Assembly (NCBI GenBank): GCA_002269645.1
Contig: NIVC01000730.1
Span: 1-64,000 of the forward strand
Direction of reading: 5' to 3'
Length of the DNA stretch: 64,000 bases
Source of the DNA: Macrostomum lignano
Lineage: Eukaryota
Position 1 is the stretch's first letter; each line of letters starts with the position of its first letter. Under the pieces are notes generated by a model. It had not been told where the DNA came from. It ran no database searches and saw only the letters and a list, made by a program, of their open reading frames with translations. The translations under genes and the position numbers were made by a program. Positions 24,734 to 36,167 of this stretch are shown one piece after another.

Positions 24734-26196
24734 GTCGGATTGCACAGGCAGGGCAAATTCGAGGATACAATGAGAAGTGCTCAACTATATATTGAATTCT
24801 CTTCGAAGCATACGCTGAAACATAATTGAAAATTCAACTGAAATTGAGATTAAAAACTTCAGCAAAAACTTGGCTGACAAATTTTTGATAACAAGTGTTT
24901 GCACAAGAACAATGGAGAATACATTTGCTGAAATCAGTTGAGCCATTCTTTCTCTAATCGATCACATAGATACCTACCTACCGAAAAACCATTTTTTTGT
25001 ATATGGATTACAGGTTGAGTAAATATGACGGGGTTCAAGTATTGAATTTGACAAAAAAAGAGTCAAACAGGAGCCTGAAGCATTGTGAGCCTCGATTCCT
25101 ATAATGCCAATCTCTTCATTTGGAGCCAAATAGGTCATGTTATTCCAAAAACTCAACCACTTTAGCATTTAAGGATCTGTATGGGGAGAAATGGGGATTT
25201 CATGTGAACTTAAGGCTTCAGAGTGGTGCCTGAAGCATTGGGTCCCGATTTGGAGCTTCAAATGCTTAAATGACGAGATGACTATGATAAACGCTCTTTT
25301 TATGTTTCTATGAAAAATAGGAGCGATGGTAATGTTAATCCCCCAACCCCAGCTCTCATTGTTTCCCCGCCTTGATGGACACATAGACAGCGTCAATGGG
25401 GGTTTGTATCACACATTTTAGACAGACGATATCTACCTCGACGAAGTGGAAGTTAACCTGACGTTTCGAGACGGATAGTGGTAAACATCATTTTTGCACA
25501 TTTATATCGTGGTGCTAAACTACCTCACAACCATTTCTCCTATAGATTCCCAGATGCTTAAATGGTCGGGTTTTCGGCATAGCCATTGAAAATTTCGGGC
25601 TTCATTTTGACTCTTAAGTTCACATCCTCTTTAAGCAGCAACTTTCACGAAGAGAGCTTCTATGCTAACAGGTCCTACAAGGACATCTGCCTTGTTTTAT
25701 AACAGTATGTTTAACCAGTAATCAATTACATATCATAGGAAGTGTTTAAATTTATAACCAATGTCATTTTAAAGGGCATGAGATCCTTATCATTAAGAGA
25801 CTTTGCGCTAAACACAGTCTGAACTGAACAGGCCTGGGTAGCGGAAGGGCATTAATGTATAGTCAACACTTTCATATCGGCCCACTTGAACCAAATTGTC
25901 GAACCATTTCCTATCGTCACTGCCTTAGCTAGCCCCTAGAAAGACGGTGGAACCACAGATTTGAATTACACAAGTCTGCACTATGACCTATCACGCGATT
26001 TGGTGGAAGCAAACTAAACTTTAAACACAATTGATAAAGCGCACGGAGAGAGGTCTTGGGTGATAATTGCGTAGATAACGCGGGGGACATGTTCCTATAT
26101 AAATAACACGCAATAGTATGGCTGGGTTACTTTGGTCTAGGCAAGCTCATTACCAAACTTTAGACTCCTACATACTAAGACAGAACGAAGGTACAA

Positions 26197-27714
26197 ATGA
26201 TGAAGTTCTCCCTAGTAATTGCCGTTTTTGCCTGCACCTTTTGCCTTGCCGTGAGCGATAAAGTGAAGTTCAAGGACTGCGGTAAGTGGATCTAATAAAG
26301 AAAACTATACTGGAAACTATTTATTTCCTGCTTCTGTGAATTAACTTTTTGGCCGTTCACAATCTTTCGATTTCGACGCAACGATCTCAGTTAGCCAATT
26401 TGTCTGACACAGGACCCTCCATTAGCAGTGTCTATGACCCTCCATTATCCAGTGTCTATGAACCTCCATTAGCAGTGTCTATGACCTTCCATAGCCAGTG
26501 TCGATGACCCTCCATCAGCCAGTGTACGATCCTTAATCAGCTAGTGTATGACCCTCCATCAGCCAGTGTATGACCCTCCATTAGCAGTGTCTATAACCCT
26601 CCATTAGCCAGTGTCTATGACCCGTCATTAGCCAGTCTATGATCCTCCATTAGCCAGTCTGTGATCCTCCATTAGCAGTGTTTCTGAGCACCCATTAGCA
26701 ATGTGTCTGACCCTCCATTAGCAGTGTCTTTGACGCTTTATTTTCCAGTGGCTATGACCCAGCATTAGCAGTGTCTATTACCCTCCATTAGCCAGTGTCT
26801 ATTACCCTCCATTAGCCAGTGTCTATAACCCTCCATTAGCCAGTGTCTATAACCCTCCATTAGCCAGTGTCTATTACCCTCCATTAGCCAGTGTCTATTA
26901 CCCTCCATTAGCCAGTGTCTATAACCCTCCATTAGCCAGTGTCTATGACCCGTCATTAGCCAGTCTATGATCCTCCATTAGCCAGTCTGTGATCCTCCAT
27001 TAGCAGTGTTTCTGAGCACCCATTAGCAATGTGTCTGACCCTCCATTAGCAGTGTCTTTGACGCTTCATTATCCAGTGGCTATGACCCAGCATTAGCAGT
27101 GTCTATTACCCTCCATTAGCCAGTGTCTATGACCCATCATTAGCAGTGTCTAAGACCCGCCATTAGCCAGTGTCTATGACCCTTTATAAGCAGTGTTTAT
27201 GAGCACCCAGTAGCAGTGTCTATGACCCTCCATAAGCCAGTGCCAATATGATCCTCAATTCCGCAGGCTCAACAGCCGGCAAGATCGTCAGCGTGGACAT
27301 CAATCCCTGCCCGAAGATGCCGTGCGAGTTCAAGCGCGGCACTAAAGTTGGCGCAAGCATCACCTTCCAATCCTCGGAAGCGTCCACCGCAGTCAAGTCC
27401 GTGGTGCATGGCATCCTCGGTGGCATCCCGGTGCCTTTCCCGCTACCAGATTCGAACGCTTGCAACACGATGAGCCCGAAATGCCCCCTGGAAACTGGCA
27501 GTCAATACGTGTACACCAACCAGCTAGAAGTACTGCAGTCTTATCCATCGGTAAGAGGCATGCAAAAAACCGCAACTCGTCTCTGTAACCTTCAGTATTA
27601 ACTGTCAATCCTCTCCCACAAACATTCCAGCTCGCCGTGTTGGTCAAATGGGAACTGATTGATCCCAACAGCAAGGATTTGGTCTGCTTTGAGATTCCCG
27701 TCAGGATTGTTTAA
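26197..27714 (+). CDS. NPC2: Niemann-Pick C2 / ML-domain sterol-binding protein, 150 aa
   Basis: Exons 26197-26281, 27267-27550 and 27631-27714. Signal peptide MMKFSLVIAVFAC, VKFKDCG, PCPKMPCEFKRG, VHGILGGIPVPFP, VKWELID...LVCFEIPV. Confidence 0.96.
26415..27240. repeat. ~22-24-bp minisatellite (CCAGTGTCTATGACCCTCCATTAG)n in NPC2 intron 1
   Basis: Tandem units plus an internal block duplication with ~330-bp offset. Confidence 0.92.
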
Positions 27715-28144
27715 TAAGTTGTCGTCGAAAAAGAACTATGTATAAAGCATTGGTTTCTGGGGCATTTCACTTACCGATAATAAACTATAATATCTAGGCT
27801 GACTTCAATTTATCTGGTTTCAGACAATAATTCTAATGACACTCTACCTACTTACAGTATTATATGCAAACTAAAATACACATCATACGAAAAAAACGTT
27901 AAGCTGACAAAACAAAACAACGACTAAAAACTTGACATTATGAACATGTGGGGACAAAATAATAGAAAATATATTTAATGTCGATGCCAGCAATGCACTA
28001 GTTTTCTGCAGTATGACTATATAAACTACGAAAAGCAACGAAGGATGTTTAGTCAAAATACAATGATCTAATTAGCTGACGAGGCATTGTAATCATAGTT
28101 GTACTCAAGCCGTTTACCTTAATATTAAAATGCAAGCTATAGAA

Positions 28145-30746
28145 TTACACAGGAACATTGGCATACTTGGCATAGGCCTTATTATTAATCTTCTGAAGAA
28201 TATAGCCCAATTGTTGACCGGGACCAACTTCGTAGACGTTTGGTTGCGGCGTATCGGAGCGTCGTCTAGTGAGAGAGGTGACTATCTGGTGCCATTTCAC
28301 ACTGGAGTGCATCTGCTTCACCAACAGCTTTGCTATGGACTCAACTGTGCGGGGCGGTTTCACAGCTACATTTGAGTAAACTGGAATTCTAGGCACCCGA
28401 ATAGTGCACTTGTTCAGAGCTCGGGTCAGAGTCTTGGCTGCCGGGTACATCAGATCCGTGTGGAAAGCGCCGCTCACTTCTAGCGGCTTGCAGGAGGCGA
28501 TGCCAAAGTCTTTATGATGCTGTTGGATGTACTGCATTGCCTGGTGTGAACAGTGTTAATAGTATTCGGTAAGCTGAGATGCCATGGCTCAATGGGGGAG
28601 CTGCTGAGATGCCAGGGCTCAATGGGGGAGCTGCTGAGATGCCATGGCTCAATGGGGGAGCTACTGAGATGCCATGGCTCAATGGGGGAGCTGCTGAGGT
28701 GCCATGGCTCAATGGGGGTTGCTGAGATGCCATAGACTCAAGGGGGGTTGCTGAGATGCCATAGACTCAAGGGGGGTTGCTGAGATGCCATAGACTCAAG
28801 GGGGTTGCTGAGATTCCATAGACTCAAGGGGGGTTGCTGAGATGCCATAAACTCAAGGGGGGTTGCTGAGATGCCATAGACTCAAGGGGGGTTGCTGAGA
28901 TGCCATAGACTCAAGGGTAGTTGCTGAGGTACCATGGCTCAATGGGGGGTTGCTGAGATGCTATAGACTCAGGGAGAGCTGCTGAGATGCCATAGACTCA
29001 AGGGGGGGGGGGTTGCTGAGATGCCATAGACTCAAGGAGTTGCTGAGATGCCATAGGCTCAAGAGAGAGTTGCTGAGATGCCATAGACTCAGTGGGAGTT
29101 GCTGAGATGTCATAGACTCAAGGGGAGTTGCTGCGATGGAATAGACTCAGGAAGAGTTGCTGAGATGCCATAGACTCAAGGGGGTTGCTGAGATGCCATA
29201 GACTCAAGGGGGGTTGCTGAGATGCCATAGACTCAAGGAGGAGTTGCTGAGAGGTCATAGGCTCAAGAGAGAGTTGCTGAGATGCCATAGACTCAAGGGG
29301 AGTTGCTGCGATGGAATAGACTCAGGAAGAGTTGCTGAGATGCCATAGACTCAAGGAGGAGCTGCTGAGAGGTCATAGGCTCAAGAGAGAGTTGCTGAGA
29401 TGCCATAGACTCAGGGAGAGTTGCTAAGATACCATGGCTCAAGCGGGGCGCTGACTAAAGCCTTGAATGTCTTTGAAAATGCTGTTTTATGCTTTAAGTA
29501 CCAGTATCTTTCCTTTTTCTTTCTACTGTAATTGAAATTTAACAAAAGTGATTTTGAGCATTATACAGCTTAAGGCAATACCCATACCTCTCGATGACCA
29601 GCCAGCACAACACACCTGGCATACAGGTGGCTAGCCACATTGCACACAGGCCGAATCATGGCGTGTTTAGTCTGGCAGTGGTCTCTGGCAGCTTTCATTG
29701 CTTTGCCAATATCGGCGTCAGCTGTCAGCAGGCAGGTGGTCATGCCGCCAGGGATTTGATCGCTCACCGATTGCATGGCCTGAGCTCGGACCTGTACTAG
29801 GCGAAGGCCTGTGGGAGATGGGAGAGGCAAAGAGATGAGGATAGATTGGACTACAATACAAATAAAGATATACATGTATTAGACTACGAATAAAGACAGA
29901 TTAGACTAAGAATAAAGACAGATTAGACTAAGAATAAAGACAGATTAGACTACAAATAGTGACAGATTAGACTACGAATAATGGGATTAGACTCCGAATA
30001 GACAGATTAGACTACGAATAATGGGATTAGACTACGAATAATGGGATTAGACTACGAATAAAGACTAATTAGACTAAAAAGGATTAGACTATAAAAATCC
30101 TATTATTTTAGGTTAAGACTACTTTTATGCTATATAGTTACACTACGAAAGCACAACACAAAAAGGCATCTGATGGAGAATGCAACCAGAACTCACCCTC
30201 TTCAAAGGTGAAAGTACCAGCAAAAGTGTAGGCGGCAAACTCTCCCACACTGAATCCAGCGGTGCCAATGCACCTGGGCACAGCATCCGGATGGAGCTCC
30301 TCCAGAGCCAGCAAAGCAGCCATTGAGGTGACAAAAATGGCCGGCTGACTAAACTGAGTCAAGGCTAATTTACGCTCGGGCCCAGACAGGCACAGTTTGA
30401 GCAGATCGTACTTCAACACCTCGCTAGCGTGCTCAAATACCTCTTTAGTTCGGGGAAATTGCAACAGTTTAGATCCCATGCCGACGAACTGACTGGCCTG
30501 GCCAGGGAACAGAATGTAGCTGGTGTCTGCCGGGTCCACGCCTTCGGGACCGCGGTAAACAAAATCCGTGTGCGCTTCGTACTGAGGCCCGGTTGGCTTC
30601 GCTTCTGCGCTACTGCTGTCGTTGCTAGGGACGCTGGTTTCAGTTGCTAAGCAACGCTTTGTCGAGTTAAATATGCCGGGAAATCGGCATGCTGCGCAAA
30701 ATAATCGGCGACTTATTGCTGTCGAGGCCATTGGTAATTCTCTCAT
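28145..30746 (-). CDS. MCAT: Mitochondrial malonyl-CoA:ACP transacylase
   Basis: Exons 30746 (or 30731)-30197, 29808-29588 and 28540-28145 are phase-consistent. Motifs LFPGQASQFVGM, QPAIF, AGFSVGE (catalytic Ser), VSGAFHT, YEVGPG; N-terminal presequence-like region. Confidence 0.95.
28572..29450. repeat. ~29-30-bp minisatellite (GCTGAGATGCCATAGACTCAAGGGGGGTT)n in MCAT intron 2
   Basis: Tandem units are visible. Confidence 0.93.
29858..30095. repeat. ~21-bp degenerate minisatellite (GATTAGACTACGAATAAAGACA)n in MCAT intron 1
   Basis: Tandem units are visible. Confidence 0.85.
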
Positions 30747-30780
30747 CAATTTGAAGGTCAACTAAAGTGAAAGGTCTGGC

Positions 30781-31820
30781 AAAATCGCCCCTCAAACACC
30801 CTCTGGAATCGCCCCTGAAACAGCCTCTGGAATCGCCTCTCAAGCACCCTCTGAAATCCCCCTAAAACACCCTCTAGAATCGCCCCTCAAACACCCTCTG
30901 GAATCGCCCCTGAAACACCCTCTGGAATCGCCTCTCAAGCACCCTCTGAAATCCCCCTAAAACACCCTCTAGAATCGCCCCTCAAACACCCTCTGGAATC
31001 GCCCCTGAAACACCCTCTGGAATCGCCTCTCAAGCACCCTCTGAAATCCCCCTAAAACACCCTCTAGAATCGCCCCTCAAACACCCTCTGGAATCGCCCC
31101 TGAAACACCCTCTGGAATCGCCTCTCAAGCACCCTCTGAAATCCCCCTAAAACACCCTCTAGAATCGCCCCTCAAACACCCTCTGGAATCGCCCCTGAAA
31201 CACCCTCTGGAATCGCCTCTCAAGCACCCTCTGAAATCCCCCTAAAACACCCTCTAGAATCGCCCCTCAAACACCCTCTGGAATCGCCTCTCAAGCACCC
31301 TCTGAAATCCCCCTAAAACACCCTCTAGAATCGCCCCTCAAACACCCTCTGGAATCGCCCCTGAAACACCCTCTGGAATCGCCTCTCAAGCACCCTCTGA
31401 AATCCCCCTAAAACACCCTCTAGAATCGCCCCTCAAACACCCTCTGGAATCGCCTCTCAAGCACCCTCTGAAACCCCCCTAAAACACCCTCTGGAATCGC
31501 CCCTCAAACACCCTCTGGAATCGCCCCTCAAACACCCTCTGGAATCGCCCCTCAAACACCCCCTGGAATCGACTTTGAAACACCCTCTGGAATCGCCACT
31601 CAAACACCCTCTGGAATCGCCCCTCAAACACCCTCTGGAATCGCCCCTAAAACACCCTCTAGAATCGCCACTCAAACACCCTCTGGAATCGCCACTCAAA
31701 CACCCTCTGGAATCGCCCCTCAAACACCCTCTGGAATCGCCCCTCAAACACCCTCTGGAATCGCCCCATAAACACCCGCTGGAATCGCCTCATAAACACC
31801 CTCTGAATCGCCACCCCCAA
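30781..31820 (+). repeat. 24-bp minisatellite (GAATCGCCCCTCAAACACCCTCTG)n, left arm of an inverted pair
   Basis: Tandem units with a 95-bp higher-order repeat (24+24+24+23) in the outer part. Confidence 0.96.
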
Positions 31821-32001
31821 ACATCCTGTCTGTCTGATGTCATACGTATGTGTAGATAAAAGTTAAATCAAAGTTAAAGATTTAAGCTGAGTTAAACTTC
31901 AGACGCAAATGCCAGTTTAATATTATATTTACAACAAAAGACAATTATCAATCGACGATTCGAGCGTTCACAAAACTGCCAAAAACGAATGCATTTAAAA
32001 A

Positions 32002-32319
32002 TCAATCTTTCCAAACGAAGGCGCACTTGGCGCATCGATACTTGGTAGTCATGGGCTCGTCAGCTGATCTAGTTTGCATCTGAACAAAGTAGCACTGCAT
32101 GTGAGAGCATTCCGGACAGCGCTCTTCTGTGGTAGCCGCATTCTTCCAAGCATCCTCGCCGCCGAGAATATCATCAATCTCTTTCAATTGTGGGTATTTT
32201 GTCTGCTCCATCGCGCACAGCACGTTGTAGATGTAGGGGCAGGAGCTGCAGGCGAATCTGTAGCACCGATCGCCCAGCTCCAGCCGGAGCAGATTTGAGC
32301 AGTTTGGACAAAAGTGCAA
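32002..32319 (-). CDS. POLR3K: RNA polymerase III subunit RPC10/C11
   Basis: HFCPNCSNLL...FACSSCPY, EIDDILGG, CPECSH, QMQTRSADEPMT, YRCAKC. The first codon at 32319 is TTG directly after the acceptor TTTTAG, so the initiator Met must be supplied by splicing or by non-AUG initiation. Confidence 0.95.
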   Translation of the reverse strand: MHFCPNCSNLLRLELGDRCYRFACSSCPYIYNVLCAMEQTKYPQLKEIDDILGGEDAWKNAATTEERCPECSHMQCYFVQMQTRSADEPMTTKYRCAKCAFVWKD

Positions 32320-32329
32320 CTAAAATGAG

Positions 32330-33205
32330 AGGTGTTTGGCGATTCCAGAGGGTGTTTGAGGGGCGATTCCAAAGGGTGTTTGAGTGGCGATTCCAGGGTG
32401 TTTGAGGGGCGATTCCAGAGGGTGTTTGAGGGGCGATTTCAGAGGGTGTTTGAGTGGCGATTCCAGGGTGTTTGAGGGGCGATTCTAGAGGGTGTTTGAG
32501 GGGCGATTCCAAAGGGTGTTTGAGTGGCGATTCCAGGGTGTTTGAGGGGCGATTCCAGAGGGTGTTTGAGGAGCGATTCCAGAGGGTGTTTGAGTGGCGA
32601 TTCCAGGGTGTTTGAGGGGCGATTCCAGAGGGTGTTTGAGGAGCGATTCCAGAGGGTGTTTGAGTGGCGATTCCAGGGTGTTTGAGGGGCGATTCCAGAG
32701 GGTGTTTGAGGAGCGATTCCAGAGGGTGTTTGAGGGGCGATTCCAGGGGGTGTTTGAGGAGCGATTCCAGAGGGTGTTTGAGGGGCGATTCCAGAGGGTG
32801 TTTGAGGGGCGATTCCAGGGGGTGTTTGAGGAGCGATTCCAGAGGGTGTTTGAGGGGCGATTCCAGAGGGTGTTTGAGGGGCGATTCCAGAGGGTGTTTG
32901 AGGGGCGATTCCAAAGGGTGTTTGAGGGGCGATTCCAGAGGGTGTTTGAGGGGCGATTCCAGGGGGTGTTTGAGGAGCGATTCCAGAGGGTGTTTGAGGG
33001 GCGATTCCAGAGGGTGTTTGAGGGGCGATTCCAGAGGGTGTTTGAGGGGCGATTCCAGAGGGTGTTTGAGAGGCGATTTTAGAGGGTGCTTGAGGGGCGA
33101 TTCCAGAGGTGTTTGGCGATTCCAGGGGAGTTTGAGGGGCGATTCCAGAGGGTGTTTGAGAGGCGATTTTAGAGGGTGCTTGAGGGGCGATTCCGGAGGG
33201 TTTGA
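32330..33205 (-). repeat. Same 24-bp minisatellite in inverted orientation (CAGAGGGTGTTTGAGGGGCGATTC)n, right arm
   Basis: The unit is the reverse complement of the 30781-31820 unit. Confidence 0.96.
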
Positions 33206-33467
33206 GTCGTGATACCAGGGGTTGTTACTCAGCTGACGGGGTTGCTCAGTTACGCATTAAATAATTGACAAAATCGTATATAATTTGCACAAACTTTGTA
33301 AGTTGTTTGAACCGAATATATTTTTAAAGAAGGAACTAAGAAGTTGACACCAATAAAGATGAACGATAGTGACAAAAATTAATTGTGAACTGAATTTTGT
33401 GACATTGATAATTATACACAAAAATGCTTTTACAATTTTGTAACCGAAACATTTATGAACCTTTTTT

Positions 33468-33607
33468 CCCGATGAAAACGGTACCTAAGACTAAGAAGTG
33501 TCTCAGGCCACTCAACTGTCGCATTACAGGCCTTTGAGTCGTTAAAAAGTGACAAAAGCCGCTAGTGAGTTGTTAGCGATTCTGGTCACGATAACGTTTT
33601 CAACGGG
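33468..33607. mobile_element. 140-bp MITE with 13-bp TIR CCCG(A/T)TGAAAACG
   Basis: Left CCCGATGAAAACG at 33468; right CGTTTTCAACGGG ending at 33607. The same left end recurs at 42671. Confidence 0.65.
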
Positions 33608-33660
33608 TTAGTGTTTGAACAACAAACTAAGACAATAAATTATAACAAATCAATCCAGAT

Positions 33661-34158
33661 TTAGCTAGTAGGCAGTTCACTCAGCATTACCGACAGCTGG
33701 TGAATGAGTTGAGAATTGCCGGATGCTAAACGTTTTATAACAGCATTCAACTGGTTGACCTGCTCAATCAGCTGTTTCGCTTCGCCGGTTTTTGCAGCGG
33801 AAGCGGCTTCAATAGATTCTGGTGCCTGCTCGTCTGGAATGTCACCTTCTAGAGGCAGCAATCTGATGGGATCAGGCTGGGCCACTTGCTTACTAGCCGC
33901 TGCAACTCTGGTGTACACAACTCGAAGTCGCTTTAGTTTTTGCTCTAACGAGTTAACCAGATCGGTGAGAGCTTGCCGCTGCTGATGAAGCGGAGCCTGA
34001 GACTGTTGAGAACCACCAGTGAGACTGCTCTGGGTCGGTCGATAGAATGAGCAAATATCCGACACCGATTGAAGTATTTCAAAGACCAGATCGCTGCCTT
34101 CTTGACAGAGTGCGCCCGATTCAATCAGGTTCAGTGGAGCCGGCTGGTCTGTTGCCAT
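33661..34158 (-). CDS. MED30: Mediator subunit 30 (intronless)
   Basis: ALCQEGSDLVFEIL, KLKRLRVVYTRV, LLPL and QLIHQLSVML align from memory with MED30 motifs (SLCRIGQETVQDIV, FRKLRLVY, LIPY, LIWDINAML). An alternative in-frame ATG lies at 34182. Confidence 0.8.
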   Translation of the reverse strand: MATDQPAPLNLIESGALCQEGSDLVFEILQSVSDICSFYRPTQSSLTGGSQQSQAPLHQQRQALTDLVNSLEQKLKRLRVVYTRVAAASKQVAQPDPIRLLPLEGDIPDEQAPESIEAASAAKTGEAKQLIEQVNQLNAVIKRLASGNSQLIHQLSVMLSELPTS

Positions 34159-34244
34159 GGCAATTAAGGATTTAAGTGTCATGAAATGAGGCAAAAATTA
34201 TAGATCGATCTAAGACCCAATAATATTTATAATAATTGATTAAA

Positions 34245-34603
34245 CCTGCCCTAATTGGCAGATGTGCAACCGACAGCTCAGCCGCAGCTATTGCGCAGCG
34301 CATCTGAAGGTTGCGTACGGCTGTTCAGTCCAAGGACTGGGGGGGGGGTGGTCGCCAACACACACCCTCAGTTATCCCAGCTAATGCTGGCACCCATTTT
34401 GCAGCTGGGTGAGCTGAAGCAATGCAGAGCTACGTGTCTTGCTCAAGGATACAAACTGTTACAGTGGGATCGGGAATCGAACCCCCGACCTTTAAGTCGT
34501 GAGTCCGACGCTCTAACCACTAGGCTACAACCCCCTTTGTTCCAATGGGATCGGGAATCGAACCCCCGACCTTTAAGTCGTGAGTCCGACGCTCTAACCA
34601 CTG
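34245..34603 (-). mobile_element. tRNA-derived SINE with a tandemly duplicated head
   Basis: On the minus strand, A box TAGCCTAGTGG and B box GGTTCGATTCC, followed by a central TATCCTTGAGCAAGACAC...CACCCAGCTGCAAAATGGGTGCC block typical of conserved-core SINEs. The head is repeated at 34546-34603. Confidence 0.85.
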
Positions 34604-34960
34604 GGCTTTGTTTCATTCATTTTCACTTGAAGTATCGAATACTTAATTTTAAAATACTTGAAACTCTTGAGACCTCCAGACTTATAAAGTGGAGATCGCA
34701 AATTATCTACAACTTCTGCGTGTGGGTCAGAGGGGCTCTGCAGTGTAGAGGGTAAGGTAGAGACTACGAAACCAGCTTCTATCACAACCTACTTAGGAAT
34801 GTATCAAGTTGCAACAAATAATAACCAAATTAAACACTAAAACAGAATTTCTCATACAGTTTTAAACACAATCAGCTCTTATATTTGAATAAAATTGAAC
34901 TACGAGAACTAACATCAGTTTCTACAGTCAGTCTTAGGATTGTTTAGCATTACAGACAAT

Positions 34961-36167
34961 CTAAAACTTCGGCTTAATGTTGCCGCCCGACTTGATATCA
35001 ATTTTAGCCAGCAGATCCGCATGGTAACCAGAGCGTCTGGCTAATTTCAATTGCTGTTCAATTTTCTGAACCGGATCAGAGCCAAACGTGCGCAGCTTCA
35101 TATGATGCAGCTGCTCTTGAAATTCTGCTTCTTTCTTCTTCTCCCGCAGCAGGCGTTTATCGCGCAGCATTGCCGCGCAACGCTTGCGAAACTTCTTCAA
35201 TTGGTGGCGTTTCATTCTGCGGCGCCGGTTGACAATGTCCAGGTGACCGCGGGGCCAGATTATGGTTCTGGTAGGCTGGGTCATTGCTGCGGCTGCTTCT
35301 AGTAGCAACCGATTGGGTCTCGGCTGGATTGGACTGCAGCAAATTGAGGAATATTGTCGAGAAATTGTTGACGCCAGGCCCAGCTGTGGCTTTGTTGAAA
35401 GGCCTGTGAAAATTATTTGATTTATGCGTTTATAGTTATTAGGAAATTATTAAGAATATTGAAGTAGGTATGACTATTTAGTTAGCAAACCTCCACAATC
35501 CTCAAATCTTCGCACCCCTCAAATCTTCGCAATACCCAAATCTTCGCAATACCCAAATCTTCACAATACCCAAATCTTCACAATACTCAAATCTTCACAA
35601 TCACTTAAATCTTCACAATCACTTAAATCTTCACAATCACTCAAATCTTCACAATCACTCAAATCTTTACAATTACAATCCCTCAAATCTTCAAATCCCT
35701 CAAATCTTCACAATCCCTCAAATCTTCACAATCACTCAAATCTTTACAATTACAATCCCTCAAATCTTCACAATCCCTCAAAATCCTTACAATCCCCAAA
35801 CTTTCACAATTTCCCAAATCTTCACTATCTCAAACTCTTCACAATAGTCAAACCTTAAAAATCCTTTAATTCTTCACAATCCGCAAATCTTCACAATCCC
35901 TCAAAGCTTCAAAAATCCTTCAAATATTTGAAATCCCCCAAATCTTCACAACCCCTCAAATCCCGACTAACTAAAATTGGATGCATTCGAACATGACGAT
36001 GCGTGAAGTTTTTGCTGTTGCTGGCACACTAGAAGGCCCTGCTGCATGCAGATGGTTGGCCTCTCAAATATGACGGCACTGCCCATTGCTTGCTGGTTGC
36101 CAAATGCTAGTGCTGAAGAAGCACTGGTCAATAGTCGAGACGCTGTCAAACGTGCTGCAGCAAGCAT
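34961..36167 (-). CDS. AURKAIP1: Mitoribosomal protein mS38 / Aurora kinase A-interacting protein, 212 aa
   Basis: Exons 36167-35972 and 35403-34961 (phase 1). Presequence MLAAARLTASRLL; DUF1713-type basic motif IVNRRRRMKRHQLKKFRKR...REKKKEAEFQEQL. Confidence 0.82.
35495..35962. repeat. ~18-bp minisatellite (CAAATCTTCACAATCCCT)n in the AURKAIP1 intron
   Basis: Tandem units are visible. Confidence 0.88.

Noticed and set aside
24950-26100. Possible decayed coding sequence between the divergent UBLCP1 and NPC2 starts
   Set aside because: Hand translation gave no recognisable motif and frequent stops; left unannotated.
30240-30265. MCAT active site GFSVG instead of GHSLG as a sign of inactivation
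   Set aside because: GFSVG is the usual form in animal mitochondrial MCAT, and the catalytic Ser is retained.
34465-34603. Two tRNA genes
   Set aside because: Only A/B boxes are present with no closing acceptor stem, and the head runs into a SINE core.
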